From assembly GCF_003334305.1 (NCBI RefSeq), contig NZ_QOWS01000003.1: 64,000 bases of DNA, one strand, 5' to 3'. This stretch comes from Escherichia coli (GTDB lineage: Bacteria; Pseudomonadota; Gammaproteobacteria; Enterobacterales; Enterobacteriaceae). Made by a program: the position numbers and the translations under genes. The notes beneath the pieces are model-generated. The model was not told where the DNA came from. It did not search any database and saw only the letters and a list, made by a program, of their open reading frames with translations. Positions 9,902 to 21,733 of the stretch are shown in pieces (the first letter of the stretch is position 1; every line of letters begins with the position of its first letter).

Positions 9902-11566
9902 ATGTTAAAACGTATCAAGATCGTGACCAGCTTACTGCTGGTTTTGGCTGTTTTTGGCCTTTTACAACTGACATCAGGCGGTCTGTTCTTTAATGCCTTA
10001 AAGAATGACAAAGAAAATTTCACTGTTTTACAAACCATTCGCCAGCAGCAATCCACGCTGAATGGCAGCTGGGTCGCGTTGTTGCAGACGCGTAACACCC
10101 TCAACCGCGCGGGTATCCGCTACATGATGGATCAGAATAATATTGGTAGCGGTTCAACCGTTGCTGAGCTGATGCAGAGTGCCAGTATTTCGCTGAAACA
10201 GGCGGAAAAAAACTGGGCGGATTACGAAGCGTTGCCGCGTGACCCGCGTCAGAGCACCGCCGCAGCGGCAGAGATCAAACGTAATTACGATATTTATCAC
10301 AATGCGCTGGCGGAGCTGATCCAACTATTAGGGGCAGGCAAAATCAACGAGTTCTTTGATCAGCCGACCCAGGGATATCAGGACGGTTTCGAGAAGCAGT
10401 ATGTGGCTTACATGGAGCAAAACGATCGGCTCTATGATATCGCCGTCAGCGATAACAATGCCTCCTACAGCCAGGCTATGTGGATTCTGGTGGGCGTGAT
10501 GATCGTCGTACTGGCGGTCATCTTCGCCGTCTGGTTCGGTATTAAAGCCTCGCTGGTAGCGCCAATGAATCGCCTGATTGACAGCATTCGTCATATTGCA
10601 GGCGGCGATCTGGTGAAACCGATTGAGGTGGATGGCTCTAATGAGATGGGGCAACTGGCAGAGAGTTTGCGCCATATGCAGGGAGAGCTGATGCGTACCG
10701 TCGGTGATGTGCGCAACGGGGCCAATGCCATCTATAGCGGTGCCAGCGAAATCGCCACCGGCAATAACGATCTCTCTTCGCGCACCGAGCAACAGGCCGC
10801 TTCGCTGGAAGAGACGGCAGCCAGCATGGAGCAACTGACCGCAACGGTGAAGCAGAACGCCGAAAATGCGCGCCAGGCCAGCCATCTGGCGTTAAGTGCT
10901 TCTGAAACGGCGCAACGCGGCGGCAAAGTGGTGGATAACGTGGTGCAGACTATGCGCGATATCTCCACCAGTTCGCAGAAAATCGCCGATATTATCAGCG
11001 TAATTGACGGCATTGCCTTCCAGACCAATATTCTGGCTTTGAACGCGGCGGTTGAGGCTGCGCGTGCGGGTGAGCAAGGGCGCGGTTTTGCGGTGGTTGC
11101 GGGAGAAGTGCGTAATCTGGCCCAGCGTAGCGCCCAGGCGGCTCGTGAAATTAAAAGCCTGATTGAAGACTCGGTGGGGAAAGTGGATGTTGGCTCTACG
11201 CTGGTCGAAAGCGCCGGGGAAACAATGGCGGAGATTGTCAGTGCTGTGACCCGCGTGACGGACATTATGGGCGAAATAGCTTCTGCTTCTGATGAGCAGA
11301 GCCGTGGTATCGATCAGGTTGGCTTAGCGGTTGCTGAGATGGACCGGGTAACTCAACAGAACGCCGCGCTGGTGGAAGAATCTGCCGCCGCCGCCGCCGC
11401 GCTGGAAGAGCAGGCCAGTCGCCTGACCGAAGCTGTGGCAGTGTTCCGGATTCAGCAACAGCAGCAACAGCAGCGTGAAACATCGGCTGTGGTAAAAACC
11501 GTGACGCCAGCTACGCCGCGTAAAATGGCAGTGGCAGATAGCGGGGAGAACTGGGAAACGTTTTAA
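9902..11566 (+). CDS. tsr: methyl-accepting chemotaxis protein I (serine chemoreceptor)
   Basis: 554-aa ORF; HAMP and MCP signalling domains; C-terminal NWETF pentapeptide. Confidence 0.95.
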   Translation: MLKRIKIVTSLLLVLAVFGLLQLTSGGLFFNALKNDKENFTVLQTIRQQQSTLNGSWVALLQTRNTLNRAGIRYMMDQNNIGSGSTVAELMQSASISLKQAEKNWADYEALPRDPRQSTAAAAEIKRNYDIYHNALAELIQLLGAGKINEFFDQPTQGYQDGFEKQYVAYMEQNDRLYDIAVSDNNASYSQAMWILVGVMIVVLAVIFAVWFGIKASLVAPMNRLIDSIRHIAGGDLVKPIEVDGSNEMGQLAESLRHMQGELMRTVGDVRNGANAIYSGASEIATGNNDLSSRTEQQAASLEETAASMEQLTATVKQNAENARQASHLALSASETAQRGGKVVDNVVQTMRDISTSSQKIADIISVIDGIAFQTNILALNAAVEAARAGEQGRGFAVVAGEVRNLAQRSAQAAREIKSLIEDSVGKVDVGSTLVESAGETMAEIVSAVTRVTDIMGEIASASDEQSRGIDQVGLAVAEMDRVTQQNAALVEESAAAAAALEEQASRLTEAVAVFRIQQQQQQQRETSAVVKTVTPATPRKMAVADSGENWETF

Positions 11567-11577
11567 TCGCCATAAAA

Positions 11578-11607
11578 ATGCCCGATAAGCAAAATGTTAT
11601 CGGGCAT
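11578..11607. terminator. Hairpin between convergent tsr and lgoT
   Basis: ATGCCCGATAA…TTATCGGGCAT inverted repeat between the two stop codons. Confidence 0.55.
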
Positions 11608-11614
11608 AGGGAGA

Positions 11615-12976
11615 TTAATCTTTACGTGGGTCGTTGATCGGCTGACGAACCAGGAAGATGTACGCCAGTGCCCCCGCTGCGGTGACGCAACCGCAGATGA
11701 TTAGTGCCAGACGGAATGAGTGGGTGGTATCAACAATAAAACCAGTAATGATCGGCGCAAAAGAGGCGCAGATGAAGCTGGCAAAGTTCTGGATACTGCC
11801 CACCGACGCAGTCATGCGAGAAGCAACTGCGACGTGGATCAAGCCCCAGCAGGATGTTCCGGCAAAGTGAATACAGAACAGTGCCATGCCAATCAGCAGA
11901 ACCGCTGTCATGGATGTTGTCGCTTGCGGTACGACCAGCGTAAAGGCGGCAGAACAGAACATCCCGGCAATAATGCAGATCTTACGGCTTTTAATCGGAG
12001 CCATTCCCCCTTTGACCAGCCAGTCAGTAACGTAACCGTTGACCAGCATCCCGGCAGCCCCAAACAGGAAAGGGATAGCCGCCATCAACCCTGTGCTTTT
12101 TAAATCCAGGTTATAGGCTGTTTGCAGGTAACCAGGAAGCCAGGCCAGATACAGCCACGCAGTGTAGTTGATGCCACTGAATCCGAGCATCATTCCCCAC
12201 ATTGTGCGGTTACGGAACAGGCTGCGCCATTCGGCAAAACTGAGCGGATCTCGGCGGGCATTGACGCTACCTGCATTGAGATAAGCTTGTTCAACGGCAG
12301 TCAGTTCTACGTGCTCGCGGTTGCGATAGAGCATATACCAGCCAATGGCGAGAAAAATCCCCAGCACACCAATGGTAATAAACATCCCACGCCAGCCCAT
12401 CACCAGCATCATCGCCGCCAGAATCGGTGGGCTTACGGCAACGCCAATGGTAGAAGCTGCGTTGAAGAAGCCCATCGGGCGTCCGCGCTCTTTGATGTTG
12501 AACCAGTCGTTAATGACTTTTACGCCACATGGGTTCATCGGCGCTTCACCAATCCCCATACCGATACGCACCAACACGAACTGCGTAAAGCTGTGCACCA
12601 TGCCAGACATGGCCTGGAACAGTGACCAGAAGAACATCCCCAGTCCCAGCATCAGGCGTGGGCCTTTACGATCCAATAGTGGGCCGCAAGGAAGTTGCGC
12701 AATCCCGTAAGCGAGTGAAAACACGGAGAGCAAAGCGCCGATTTCGGTGGCACTTAATCCCAATTCTTCACGAATCGTTAAATTTGCTACCGACAGCGAA
12801 CTGCGGTCGAGATAATTGATTACCGCCGCAAAAAATAATAACAACATGGCGGTGGTTTGAATGCGTTTAATTCGGGTACTGCGTTGAACTAATCCATCTG
12901 GTGGCACGGGAATATCTGCCGACGAAGATGGAGTAAATGAAGAACGCGGATCGAGGGTGATATTTTCTTTTTCCAC
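11615..12976 (-). CDS. lgoT: L-galactonate:H+ symporter (MFS)
   Basis: 453-aa MFS ORF matching YjjL/LgoT from memory. Confidence 0.9.
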   Translation of the reverse strand: MEKENITLDPRSSFTPSSSADIPVPPDGLVQRSTRIKRIQTTAMLLLFFAAVINYLDRSSLSVANLTIREELGLSATEIGALLSVFSLAYGIAQLPCGPLLDRKGPRLMLGLGMFFWSLFQAMSGMVHSFTQFVLVRIGMGIGEAPMNPCGVKVINDWFNIKERGRPMGFFNAASTIGVAVSPPILAAMMLVMGWRGMFITIGVLGIFLAIGWYMLYRNREHVELTAVEQAYLNAGSVNARRDPLSFAEWRSLFRNRTMWGMMLGFSGINYTAWLYLAWLPGYLQTAYNLDLKSTGLMAAIPFLFGAAGMLVNGYVTDWLVKGGMAPIKSRKICIIAGMFCSAAFTLVVPQATTSMTAVLLIGMALFCIHFAGTSCWGLIHVAVASRMTASVGSIQNFASFICASFAPIITGFIVDTTHSFRLALIICGCVTAAGALAYIFLVRQPINDPRKD

Positions 12977-13190
12977 GCCGGACTCCTGTATTTATAATTT
13001 TAATTGTTTACGTAATTGTGAATTACGCAAGGTTGACATTAACGGCAGGTTAAAGTTTTAGGACTTTACTACCGCTCACAAAAAAATTTTTAGTCGACTG
13101 ATTGTGAGCATAGGTAAGCGGGAATTTCCCGGTATTTATCTTTTGATAAAACCGTGCACCCGCTAATAGTTTGCTGTTTTTAATCCGTAC

Positions 13191-14105
13191 TTAATGAGCA
13201 TAACGCGTGTTCTCATTAATGGATCGAATCATTGATTGTTTAGCTGAATTCAAATGGTTACGGAGCGCAAGGGTGGCATCAAGGTCACTGCGGCAAATCA
13301 GAGCGCTGAGAATGGTCATATGCTCATCGACGGCAATGATATTGCGCTGTTTAAGATCGCTTTCGTCCCATTGATAGTGAAAATGAAAGATGACTGAGAT
13401 GATCTCAAGCGATTGATCAAAAAAGATATTGTCGGCAGCTGAAAGCAGTAAGGAGTGAAAATCTCTGTCAAGTTGCGAGAACATGCGAAAGCTATTGCCG
13501 ATGTTGTCACGCAGTAGCCGATGACGTTCGAGCATGGTTTTCGCCTGCAGCCAGCGGGGATCATGATCAGGCAGGTTGAGAAAGTGCTGAAGTGAATGTG
13601 TTTCGAGCATTTCGCGTAGCTCAAACAGCTGCTCGGCGTAGGATTGATCGAATTGCTTCATGCTCCACTGGCCGCGTTTTTCGCTTTGAATAAGATTATA
13701 ACGGCCGAATTTTAAAAGATATTCTCTTACAACCACCGGGCTGACACCCGCGGCCCGAGCCAGTTGCAGTTCAGAAAAAGTTTCCCCAGGGCGTAACTGA
13801 CGCTGGTTTATCATCGTGAAAAAAGCCTGCTCAAACACTTTGTTTTGTTCACTCATTGAAGCGGTAGTACAGGCGAAACCGTCATCATGGTCAGGTTTAC
13901 GCGCAATAACATAGTCGTTTCCAACCTGCGTTAAGACGCCGCATTCGCGTAAGTGGCTGAGAATATGACGCACTGTTGTGCGGCTGATGTTGTACATTTC
14001 CGCCAGCGCACTTTGCGATGGAAGTGGGGAAGGGATATGACCCCGCGCCATATCATCAATGACCTGGTTAATCACATTGTGGCGTAAATTTTGTGAACGA
14101 CTCAT
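13191..14105 (-). CDS. lgoR: regulator of L-galactonate operon (GntR/FadR-like)
   Basis: 304-aa ORF with N-terminal winged HTH (…ALAEMYNISRTTVRHILSHL…). Confidence 0.9.
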   Translation of the reverse strand: MSRSQNLRHNVINQVIDDMARGHIPSPLPSQSALAEMYNISRTTVRHILSHLRECGVLTQVGNDYVIARKPDHDDGFACTTASMSEQNKVFEQAFFTMINQRQLRPGETFSELQLARAAGVSPVVVREYLLKFGRYNLIQSEKRGQWSMKQFDQSYAEQLFELREMLETHSLQHFLNLPDHDPRWLQAKTMLERHRLLRDNIGNSFRMFSQLDRDFHSLLLSAADNIFFDQSLEIISVIFHFHYQWDESDLKQRNIIAVDEHMTILSALICRSDLDATLALRNHLNSAKQSMIRSINENTRYAH

Positions 14106-14243
14106 ATTTTCCTCCTTGTGAGTCCATTAAAACCCGATTTAAAACATTTTTATGCGTGTGTTTTCACAAAACAGATTTTCCGTTCCGCTGCCATTTTTCA
14201 TTTTCATTGATATCTAAGGCAACAAAAAATGGAGAGCCGAATC

Positions 14244-15266
14244 ATGTCTACGATGAATGTTTTAATTTGCCAGCAGCCGAAAGAATTAGTCTGGAAACAA
14301 CGCGAGATACCTATTCCGGGTGACAATGAAGCATTAATAAAAATTAAGTCTGTCGGGATTTGCGGTACCGATATTCATGCCTGGGGTGGAAATCAACCAT
14401 TTTTTAGTTATCCACGTGTTTTAGGCCATGAAATATGTGGGGAGATTGTTGGGCTGGGTAAAAATATTGCTGATCTTAAAAATGGTCAGCAAGTTGCTGT
14501 GATCCCTTATGTTGCCTGTCAGCAATGCCCGGCGTGTAAAAGCGGGCGTACCAATTGCTGTGAAAAAATTTCAGTCATTGGCGTGCATCAGGATGGCGGT
14601 TTTAGTGAGTATTTGAGCGTGCCGGTGGCGAACATTTTGCCCGCAGACGGTATTGACCCGCAGGCGGCCGCATTGATTGAACCTTTCGCTATTAGCGCTC
14701 ATGCGGTGCGTCGCGCAGCCATTGCTCCCGGCGAGCAGGTGCTGGTGGTCGGGGCGGGGCCAATCGGTCTGGGCGCGGCGGCAATCGCTAAAACCGATGG
14801 CGCACAGGTGGTGGTGGCGGATACCAGTCCGGCGCGCCGTGAACATGTGGCAACGCGTCTGGAATTACCTTTACTGGACCCGTCAGCCGAAGATTTTGAC
14901 GCGCAGCTACGGGCGCAGTTTGGTGGTTCGCTGGCGCAGAAAGTGATCGACGCGACAGGTAATCAACATGCGATGAATAACACCGTGAATTTGATTCGTC
15001 ACGGCGGCACGGTGGTATTTGTCGGCCTGTTTAAAGGTGAGTTGCAGTTTTCCGATCCGGAATTCCATAAAAAAGAAACGACGATGATGGGCAGCCGCAA
15101 CGCCACGCCGGAAGATTTTGCTAAAGTCGGTCGACTGATGGCGGAAGGAAAAATCACTGCCGACATGATGTTAACCCATCGCTATCCGTTCGCCACGCTG
15201 GCAGAAACCTACGAGCGCGATGTGATTAACAATCGTGAGTTGATTAAGGGTGTAATTACTTTCTGA
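14244..15266 (+). CDS. lgoD: L-galactonate 5-dehydrogenase (zinc-type alcohol dehydrogenase family)
   Basis: 340 aa from MSTMNVLICQQ…; GHE…CGxC zinc motifs and Rossmann GxGxxG. Confidence 0.9.
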   Translation: MSTMNVLICQQPKELVWKQREIPIPGDNEALIKIKSVGICGTDIHAWGGNQPFFSYPRVLGHEICGEIVGLGKNIADLKNGQQVAVIPYVACQQCPACKSGRTNCCEKISVIGVHQDGGFSEYLSVPVANILPADGIDPQAAALIEPFAISAHAVRRAAIAPGEQVLVVGAGPIGLGAAAIAKTDGAQVVVADTSPARREHVATRLELPLLDPSAEDFDAQLRAQFGGSLAQKVIDATGNQHAMNNTVNLIRHGGTVVFVGLFKGELQFSDPEFHKKETTMMGSRNATPEDFAKVGRLMAEGKITADMMLTHRYPFATLAETYERDVINNRELIKGVITF

Positions 15267-15347
15267 TAAGGCGAGATTATTAAAGTTGCCATGCAGCGTC
15301 CGGGGAAGTGTTGGGCGCTGTTTTTTTTCTGTTTCTCAATGATGTTT

Positions 15348-15393
15348 TGTAGGCCGGAGAAGGTGTGTAGGTCGCACCTTATGCGACCTACAC
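15348..15393. repeat. REP-like palindromic element
   Basis: TGTAGGCCGGAGAAGGTGTGTAGGTCGCACCTTATGCGACCTACAC between lgoD and opgB. Confidence 0.6.
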
Positions 15394-15405
15394 ATCAGTC
15401 AGGAA

Positions 15406-17697
15406 TTACCCTTCACGTTCCACAACTTTAATTTCCACCATGCCGATCCCGAGCTTACGCGGCGAGTGTCCGAGGATATTCCCTTCGTTGGTTGAGACAG
15501 GTTCCGGCGGCACAATTACCAGTGTGTCGGCATCGGTTGGGTTATCGAAATGCAGTGTGGTGGTGGTCACTTCATTGCCCAGCACAAGAGTTTGTTCTTC
15601 ATTGCCTACGCGTACCGGAATAGGACGGCTGGCGTTATTGCCGTATGCTTTGGCGGTAATCACCAGGTCAAATTTCTTCGGCAGCGGATGCTTGTACTCG
15701 ATTTTTACTTCATCGCCCAGCTGCGCGTTGGACCAGCGGCCCCACGACTCTGGACGGGAAATCCCACTAAACTGTTTCACCTCTTCAGGCGCACCGGCGA
15801 CGTTGAAGATGAAACTGTCGGCTTTGTAGCGAATATCGTTATCAACAATTTTCAGCGTATCGACATTGCCTTTATAACGCGCCATGTCGATGACCGTATC
15901 TTTAAATGCCGTTTTGCCCTGCCATGTTGTTTTGTCAACATGCTGAACAATTTGCTGACCGCCAAGCTGCCCTTGCGAGACACACCAGTCGGTGGAGAGT
16001 GCCAGTTCCGGAGCCCAGAGTTGTGCCATCTTATAGCAACGGTCAACCCAGACGAAATTGTCGCGTGGAGCGAAATCGGCCAGCTGGAAACGCAGCGGTG
16101 CTGAGTATTCGCTTTCCGGCAGCGGTTCTACGCGCTTGTCTGAAACCCGCAACAGCAGCGGCAAACGGAAATGGCTACCCGAGAAGGCAATCATGTTTTT
16201 CTGCTGGTCGATAGTGAACTCTTTCATCTCTTTAGGGAATTTCCACAGGCGGATGATATCCGGCTTCCACGCCAATGTTTTCTCTTTGATATTGAGGAAG
16301 ATTTCCGACATCGACTGCCCGGATAAACTGCTACGACCAAGTCCGAGATAGTTATCGCCACCGAGAATGTCCAGCACCGTCGCGCCGTTATCCATCGTGT
16401 TACGCTTCACTGCCAGCGTCTCTTGCTGCGGCTTGTCGCCACGAATGACAAAAAACAGGTTATTGCGATCCTGCTTATTAAGGTATTTCCACGCCGTGTT
16501 GTTCATCGCTAAATGGTCAGAAGAGACGACGATGACGGTATCTTTAAACCACGGTGACGCTTTGATTTTGTTGATAAACGCCGCGATATTCTCCTGGCTG
16601 CAACTTACCGCGCTGAATGACTGGTTCGGCTTACCGTCAAAATCATATTTTTTGCGGTTACAGGTACGCGAGATAAAACCATCCGGGTGATGGGTATCGA
16701 CTGTCAGGGTAAACAGTGAGAATCGCTGACCTGAGCGGGAAAGCTCTTCAAACTTTTTCCACGCTTCATCGAGAACGGTATCGTCGTAGAATCCCCAGTC
16801 GTTGCGATAGTGCGGGTCGGCCACCACGCTTTTCAGCTCTTCTGAGCCGTATAAGTGGTCGAAGCCATGCGACTTCAGGAACACATCTTTACCGGCAAAA
16901 CGCAGATTCGCGCCCTGCACGAAATAGTTCTGATAACCCGAGTTTTTCAGGATATCGCCCAGACAGATGTTCTGCGGGAAGAAGCTGGAGACAGAGGCGG
17001 AGGCGTTGCCTTCAAAGGGGGCAAACAGCGGTATGCCGCACTGAGAAGCCACCATGCCCGCAATCGTGTAATCCGTTCCTGGCAGCTGCTGCGTGTGGCT
17101 GAAATCCAGGCCTTCATTTTTCAACGCGCCCAGTTCAGGCGTGAGATCCGGGAAAGCTTCGTTATCAAAATAGGTCCGCTCGAGACTTTCGCCGTAGATA
17201 TAAACCAGGTTGAGTTTCGGGTCAGGGATAGTTTTCGACGGCTCTTTATAATAAGCCGCAAAGTCCGGGTCGCCATCGCGTGACTGGGATTTCACCAGTT
17301 CCGTTATCTGACGAAATGCCGGGCTGGCGTCCACCGAACCCAGCGCCAGTAAGAGCGCCAGCAGGCTGTAACCAAAATGGTGCGGATGATGGCGACGACG
17401 GCGCAGGATCCAGCCCAGCGCACCGAACACCGCTGTCAGCCCCAGCACAATGCCGATACCCGGCAGGATGTATTTGCTGACGCCAGCACCGGTCAGGCTG
17501 TTGGTTAAGGTATAGAGAACCGCGTCGTTAATACCATCGCCAGTAAAATAGTCGCTGGCAAACAGGGTGATATTTAAAACGACAAATAGCCCCAGCACCG
17601 TTAATGTGGCTGCAAACCACCAGGTGTTACGTCCCGCTTTCCATGCGTAAATCAGCACAGAGGCGAGAAAAAGGGCGAAAGAGAGTAGTTCTGACAA
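15406..17697 (-). CDS. opgB: phosphoglycerol transferase I (osmoregulated periplasmic glucan biosynthesis)
   Basis: 763-aa ORF; N-terminal membrane helices plus sulfatase-like domain. Confidence 0.9.
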
Positions 17698-17950
17698 CGG
17701 GCGATCCTCACTAAACCGGGCCGTTTAGCCAACGTTTAAGCTTTTTGAGAAGCACAATGTAATGGCGTCGCCATATTGCTGCAATTCTAGTGTCAAAAAA
17801 ATGCGATGTTGTTAGGAATTAGTTTATAAACAGACTTTTTTGATCGCGGTCGCTTCCCGTGTAACAGGGGGAAAACCGTCCAGGAGCAGGGAAAAGGGCA
17901 GGAGAGAGCCGCGTCAGCCGGGTAACAGCTAAAACGCGGCGTTTCGCGGT

Positions 17951-18448
17951 TCAGGAAATGAAGTTCAGCCCCTGCTTTAACACCAGATCGCAGGCTTTGG
18001 TTTTCACCTTTTCTGCCAGCGGAGTCGTTCCGATGTTATCCAGATTGAGTTGCTGACCATCTTTGGTTTTCAGCAAACCCTGAATGCCGTCCAGATAGTT
18101 GGTGTCTTCTTTTTGCTCTTCACTGTTCAGGCCCAGCTTTTCCAGCATCTGGTTCTTGATGTTTTCGGCATCGGTTACCGAAGCCAGCTTTTGCTTCGCG
18201 CAGTATTGCAGAATGCCTGCGGCATTGTTCATGTTATCTGCGCTTAAGGCCTGGTTTCCGCTGCTAAGCAAGTTAGTTAATGACGCGAGCGACCAACCGC
18301 CTTCCTGTGTCGTACTGTTTTGGTTGCCAAGTTCGCTGGCGGCGCTGGAGAGCGCATCTTTCCAGGACGCAGCATGCACCCCGGTGGAAATTAATGCGCT
18401 GGCGGCAATGGCACAGCACAGAAGATGTTTAACAGTTTTCATCATCAT
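17951..18448 (-). CDS. yjjA: DUF2501-family secreted protein
   Basis: 165-aa ORF with signal peptide (MMMKTVKHLLCCAIAASALISTGVHA); conserved position next to dnaC. Confidence 0.8.
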   Translation of the reverse strand: MMMKTVKHLLCCAIAASALISTGVHAASWKDALSSAASELGNQNSTTQEGGWSLASLTNLLSSGNQALSADNMNNAAGILQYCAKQKLASVTDAENIKNQMLEKLGLNSEEQKEDTNYLDGIQGLLKTKDGQQLNLDNIGTTPLAEKVKTKACDLVLKQGLNFIS

Positions 18449-18493
18449 TACTCAAGGTGGAATTGTGTCGGAGTATACCGCCAGAAACGGGGA

Positions 18494-19231
18494 TTAATAC
18501 TCTTTACCTGTTACCCGGCTACGGTAGCTATCCCAGTTGAAGATCACCCACAAACTGTTACCCAGGCGCATACGGTCCATCACGCGTTCGCCCAGCAACT
18601 TGGTCATCTCTTCCATATTACTGTTGGTCAGCATCCCGGTTGGGCGTTTGGAAGAAGAGCGGCGATCGACGATCTGGTTGATGATCACTTTTTCGTATTT
18701 CGATTCGGTCTGCACGCCGATCTCATCGATCACCAGCAGATCAACGTTGCTCAGATCGTTAAGCAGTTGTTCTTCACTGGTACCGCTATTCCTGAAGGTA
18801 TCTTTCATCGCCGACATAATATCGGCCACGGTGATGATCAATACGGATTTACCGCGTAGCAGCAGCTCGTTGCAGATTGCCGCCGCCAGATGGTTTTTGC
18901 CGGTTCCTGGCTTACCAGAAAAGATAAAGCTGGCGATGTTGCCGTCAAACTCTTCGACATACTGGCGCGCTTTGCTTAACGCATTCATCTGCCCTTCACA
19001 CTCAACGCGATAGTTCTCAAAGGAGCAGTTCTGATGCAGTGGACGAATACCGGAGCGGTTAAAGGTGCGCTGCATTTTCATCGCCCGATTTTCACGTTCG
19101 AGAGCGGCGGAGCGGATCGCCCCTTGTTCTTTTTGCCAGGCCAGTAGTTCTTCACCCGTTTTGAATGCGGGTTTGATATGGGCAGGCATCATTTTTTGCA
19201 GGCGTTGCATCAGGTCGCCAACGTTTTTCAT
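18494..19231 (-). CDS. dnaC: DNA replication protein DnaC (helicase loader)
   Basis: 245 aa with Walker A GKPGTGKNHLAAAI. Confidence 0.95.
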   Translation of the reverse strand: MKNVGDLMQRLQKMMPAHIKPAFKTGEELLAWQKEQGAIRSAALERENRAMKMQRTFNRSGIRPLHQNCSFENYRVECEGQMNALSKARQYVEEFDGNIASFIFSGKPGTGKNHLAAAICNELLLRGKSVLIITVADIMSAMKDTFRNSGTSEEQLLNDLSNVDLLVIDEIGVQTESKYEKVIINQIVDRRSSSKRPTGMLTNSNMEEMTKLLGERVMDRMRLGNSLWVIFNWDSYRSRVTGKEY

Positions 19232-19233
19232 CG

Positions 19234-19773
19234 TTACCCTCTGAATCCTGGTGGAATTTGGCTGTCAGGTTCACTGACCGTATTCACATCTCGTTTCGGC
19301 AGTCCGCCGTTGCTGGCACGACCGATTTGCAGGCTGCGCGCCAGTTTTTGTTGCCACTGTACATGGTGAAAGACTTTACCTTCCGCCTGCCAGTAGGCAA
19401 TGAATGAGGTCAGTTCTTCGGTGGTCACCGGCTCTCTTAGCGCCACGCCCCATAGCGCCGCCAGGCGGATAAAGTCGGCATCGGGTTGCCAGTCCGGATA
19501 CATGGCGAATTTCCCCATGGGTACAGCAACGGGAGCAGCTTGCGGTTCCTGATAGAGTTGATCGTCCAGAGCGACATCGCTTCCCGGACGCGCCAGCTTT
19601 TCTTCCAGCGCCAGCAGTTCAGCCAGGCGTGCAGGCGTGACGGCATAAAACGCCGGGGCATTGTTAGCAAATACGGCAACCACACCGCCTTCAGCTTTTG
19701 CCAGAACGGTTTGGTGATCGTGTACCAGGGCGTCAATACCAACGACGTCCGGGGTCAAAACTCTGGAAGACAT
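19234..19773 (-). CDS. dnaT: primosomal protein DnaT
   Basis: 179 aa from [17 protein letters not shown]…; immediately upstream of dnaC. Confidence 0.9.
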
Positions 19774-19880
19774 ACTGTTTCTCAAATATGGAACGATGAA
19801 CGAGAAGGGAGATAACTTTTATAGTAACACACGGAGGAGAGGTGGCTGTCTCTCATCCGCGTGCTTTAAGCGAGGCAATT

Positions 19881-20354
19881 TTATACGCGAGGGCGCTTGC
19901 GGTACAACCATAATCCAGGAATGGAAAGACCGATGGATAACGCACCAACAATCGATGAAGCTGTAAGAAAGTTGGTTAACAGGGTAATCATCAACGGTTC
20001 GCTGTAACCTAACTGGCTGATTTTTACCGCCGAAATCATTGCGGTATAAGCCGATATGCCCGGGAACATAGGGATAACGGCCGCCACGGTAAACACTTTC
20101 GGATGCGCCAGATACCAGCGCGACCATTGAATACCAATGGTGCCGACCAGCATAGAAGCCATAAAGGTTGACCACTCAATATTCAGCCCGCTGGTCATTA
20201 AGATCATTCGTGAACCATGACCAATCGCGCCAAGCAGCGCACACCAGCGTAATGCCCGAACGGGAACGTTGAACACCATCGCAAAGCCGACCGCTGGAAT
20301 GGCGGCGAGGATCATATCCTGCGCCAATGCAAACAGAAACTCGATCACACCCAT
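19881..20354 (-). CDS. yjjB: inner-membrane protein of ThrE-family exporter pair
   Basis: 157 aa from [12 protein letters not shown]…; overlaps yjjP stop by 10 nt. Confidence 0.85.
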   Translation of the reverse strand: MGVIEFLFALAQDMILAAIPAVGFAMVFNVPVRALRWCALLGAIGHGSRMILMTSGLNIEWSTFMASMLVGTIGIQWSRWYLAHPKVFTVAAVIPMFPGISAYTAMISAVKISQLGYSEPLMITLLTNFLTASSIVGALSIGLSIPGLWLYRKRPRV

Positions 20355-21115
20355 CCGCGTAGCCCCCAAATCGTCAGTGCCATCACCACGCCGACGCAGG
20401 TAGCCAGTGTCAGCAGACTGGCGATCGCCCAGCGTGCCAGTCCGGTATTGATGTGGCCTTTAAACATATCGGCGACGGCATTTATCAACGGAAATCCCGG
20501 CACCAGCAGCAGAACGCTGGCGGCCATCGCAATGGTGGGTGTATTGCTGAAGGTGGGAAGTTGCAAAAGCAAACCGGAAATAGTGGTGGCGGCGAAAGCG
20601 GTGAGGCAAAAGTTGATCTGTGGATGAAGATGACGTTGTGCCAGTAGCTGGCGGATATACATCGCGGCCGTACTGGCAAAGAAGGTGATGACGGCACCAT
20701 CCCAGCCACCTTTATTGAGTTTACAGAAACAGGCGCAGGAAAGGCCAACCATTAAGGCTACCAGCCATCTTGGGTAACGTAATGGCTGAATTTGGCTAAA
20801 TCGTTTCTCTACGCCTTTGTAATCCAGCAGATGGTGCTCCGCCAGAATCACAATGTGCTGGACTTCAGTCACCACATGCATATTAATGCCGCGATCGTGA
20901 TTTTTACGTGTCGATGTCAGGCATTGCCCATCTTTAATGGTTGTCAGCACTATGGCGTTCGAAGAGATAGAACTTTCAACGCTGTCCATTCCCAGCGCCC
21001 GACCCAGTCGTGAGGAAAGCTCATCAACCAACGCGCTTTCCGCACCATGTTGCAGAAGAAATAATCCACACTGGATACAAAGCCGTGTTACGGCTCGCTG
21101 TTGCTCAGTTTGCAT
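20345..21115 (-). CDS. yjjP: inner-membrane protein, DUF1212/ThrE family
   Basis: 256 aa from [12 protein letters not shown]…; ORF-track start at 21178 is an upstream extension. Confidence 0.8.
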   Translation of the reverse strand: MQTEQQRAVTRLCIQCGLFLLQHGAESALVDELSSRLGRALGMDSVESSISSNAIVLTTIKDGQCLTSTRKNHDRGINMHVVTEVQHIVILAEHHLLDYKGVEKRFSQIQPLRYPRWLVALMVGLSCACFCKLNKGGWDGAVITFFASTAAMYIRQLLAQRHLHPQINFCLTAFAATTISGLLLQLPTFSNTPTIAMAASVLLLVPGFPLINAVADMFKGHINTGLARWAIASLLTLATCVGVVMALTIWGLRGWV

Positions 21116-21733
21116 AACTCGCCCTTTGTCATAGACGTGCTGCGTATTGTTCAGATAATGAGAATCCATTTGTATCATGAAGCACGGTTGTTTTGCGGTA
21201 GGTTAAGATCAAAATTGCGCTGATTAATCCTGGTTATCGGGACAAGCTCGGTGATAAAAAGCGAATTATCTCTCGCCGCAAACAAACTATCACATGAATA
21301 TTATCACTATAATGAATTTATTGTTTGGCCTTTACGAATTAGGATAATAGATAACCGGGCACGTTTTTTAATGTTAACAAGTTAAAACCATCAGATTTCA
21401 TTGAATAAATATTGGTTGTGTGATTTTTCATTCTGCGGGAAGGGATATCATTTAATTATAAATTAAATGAATGTGATTTCTGTTTTTCATTAAGTATTCC
21501 TAACAACTTAATGTAGATATTTTAAATGTCTCCAGGCTATTTCACCAGGTTATCATTTGATGCTAACCTTCTGACACATGCAGTGGAGTTGTTGTGCAGC
21601 AGGAGTATGCTGATATGAAAGTGAATGCTAAGGATAATTTATTCGCTTAATCTATTAATTTGCTGGAAACATTTAAGGAATGAATATCCTGAATAAACCA
21701 TCATGATTTTTAGACAGTGGATGTGGAGGAAAT
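21116..21733. promoter_or_regulatory. AT-rich divergent control region between yjjP and yjjQ-bglJ
   Basis: 618 bp strongly AT-rich with many A/T tracts; the yjjQ-bglJ locus is a known H-NS-silenced, LeuO-activated locus. Confidence 0.6.
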
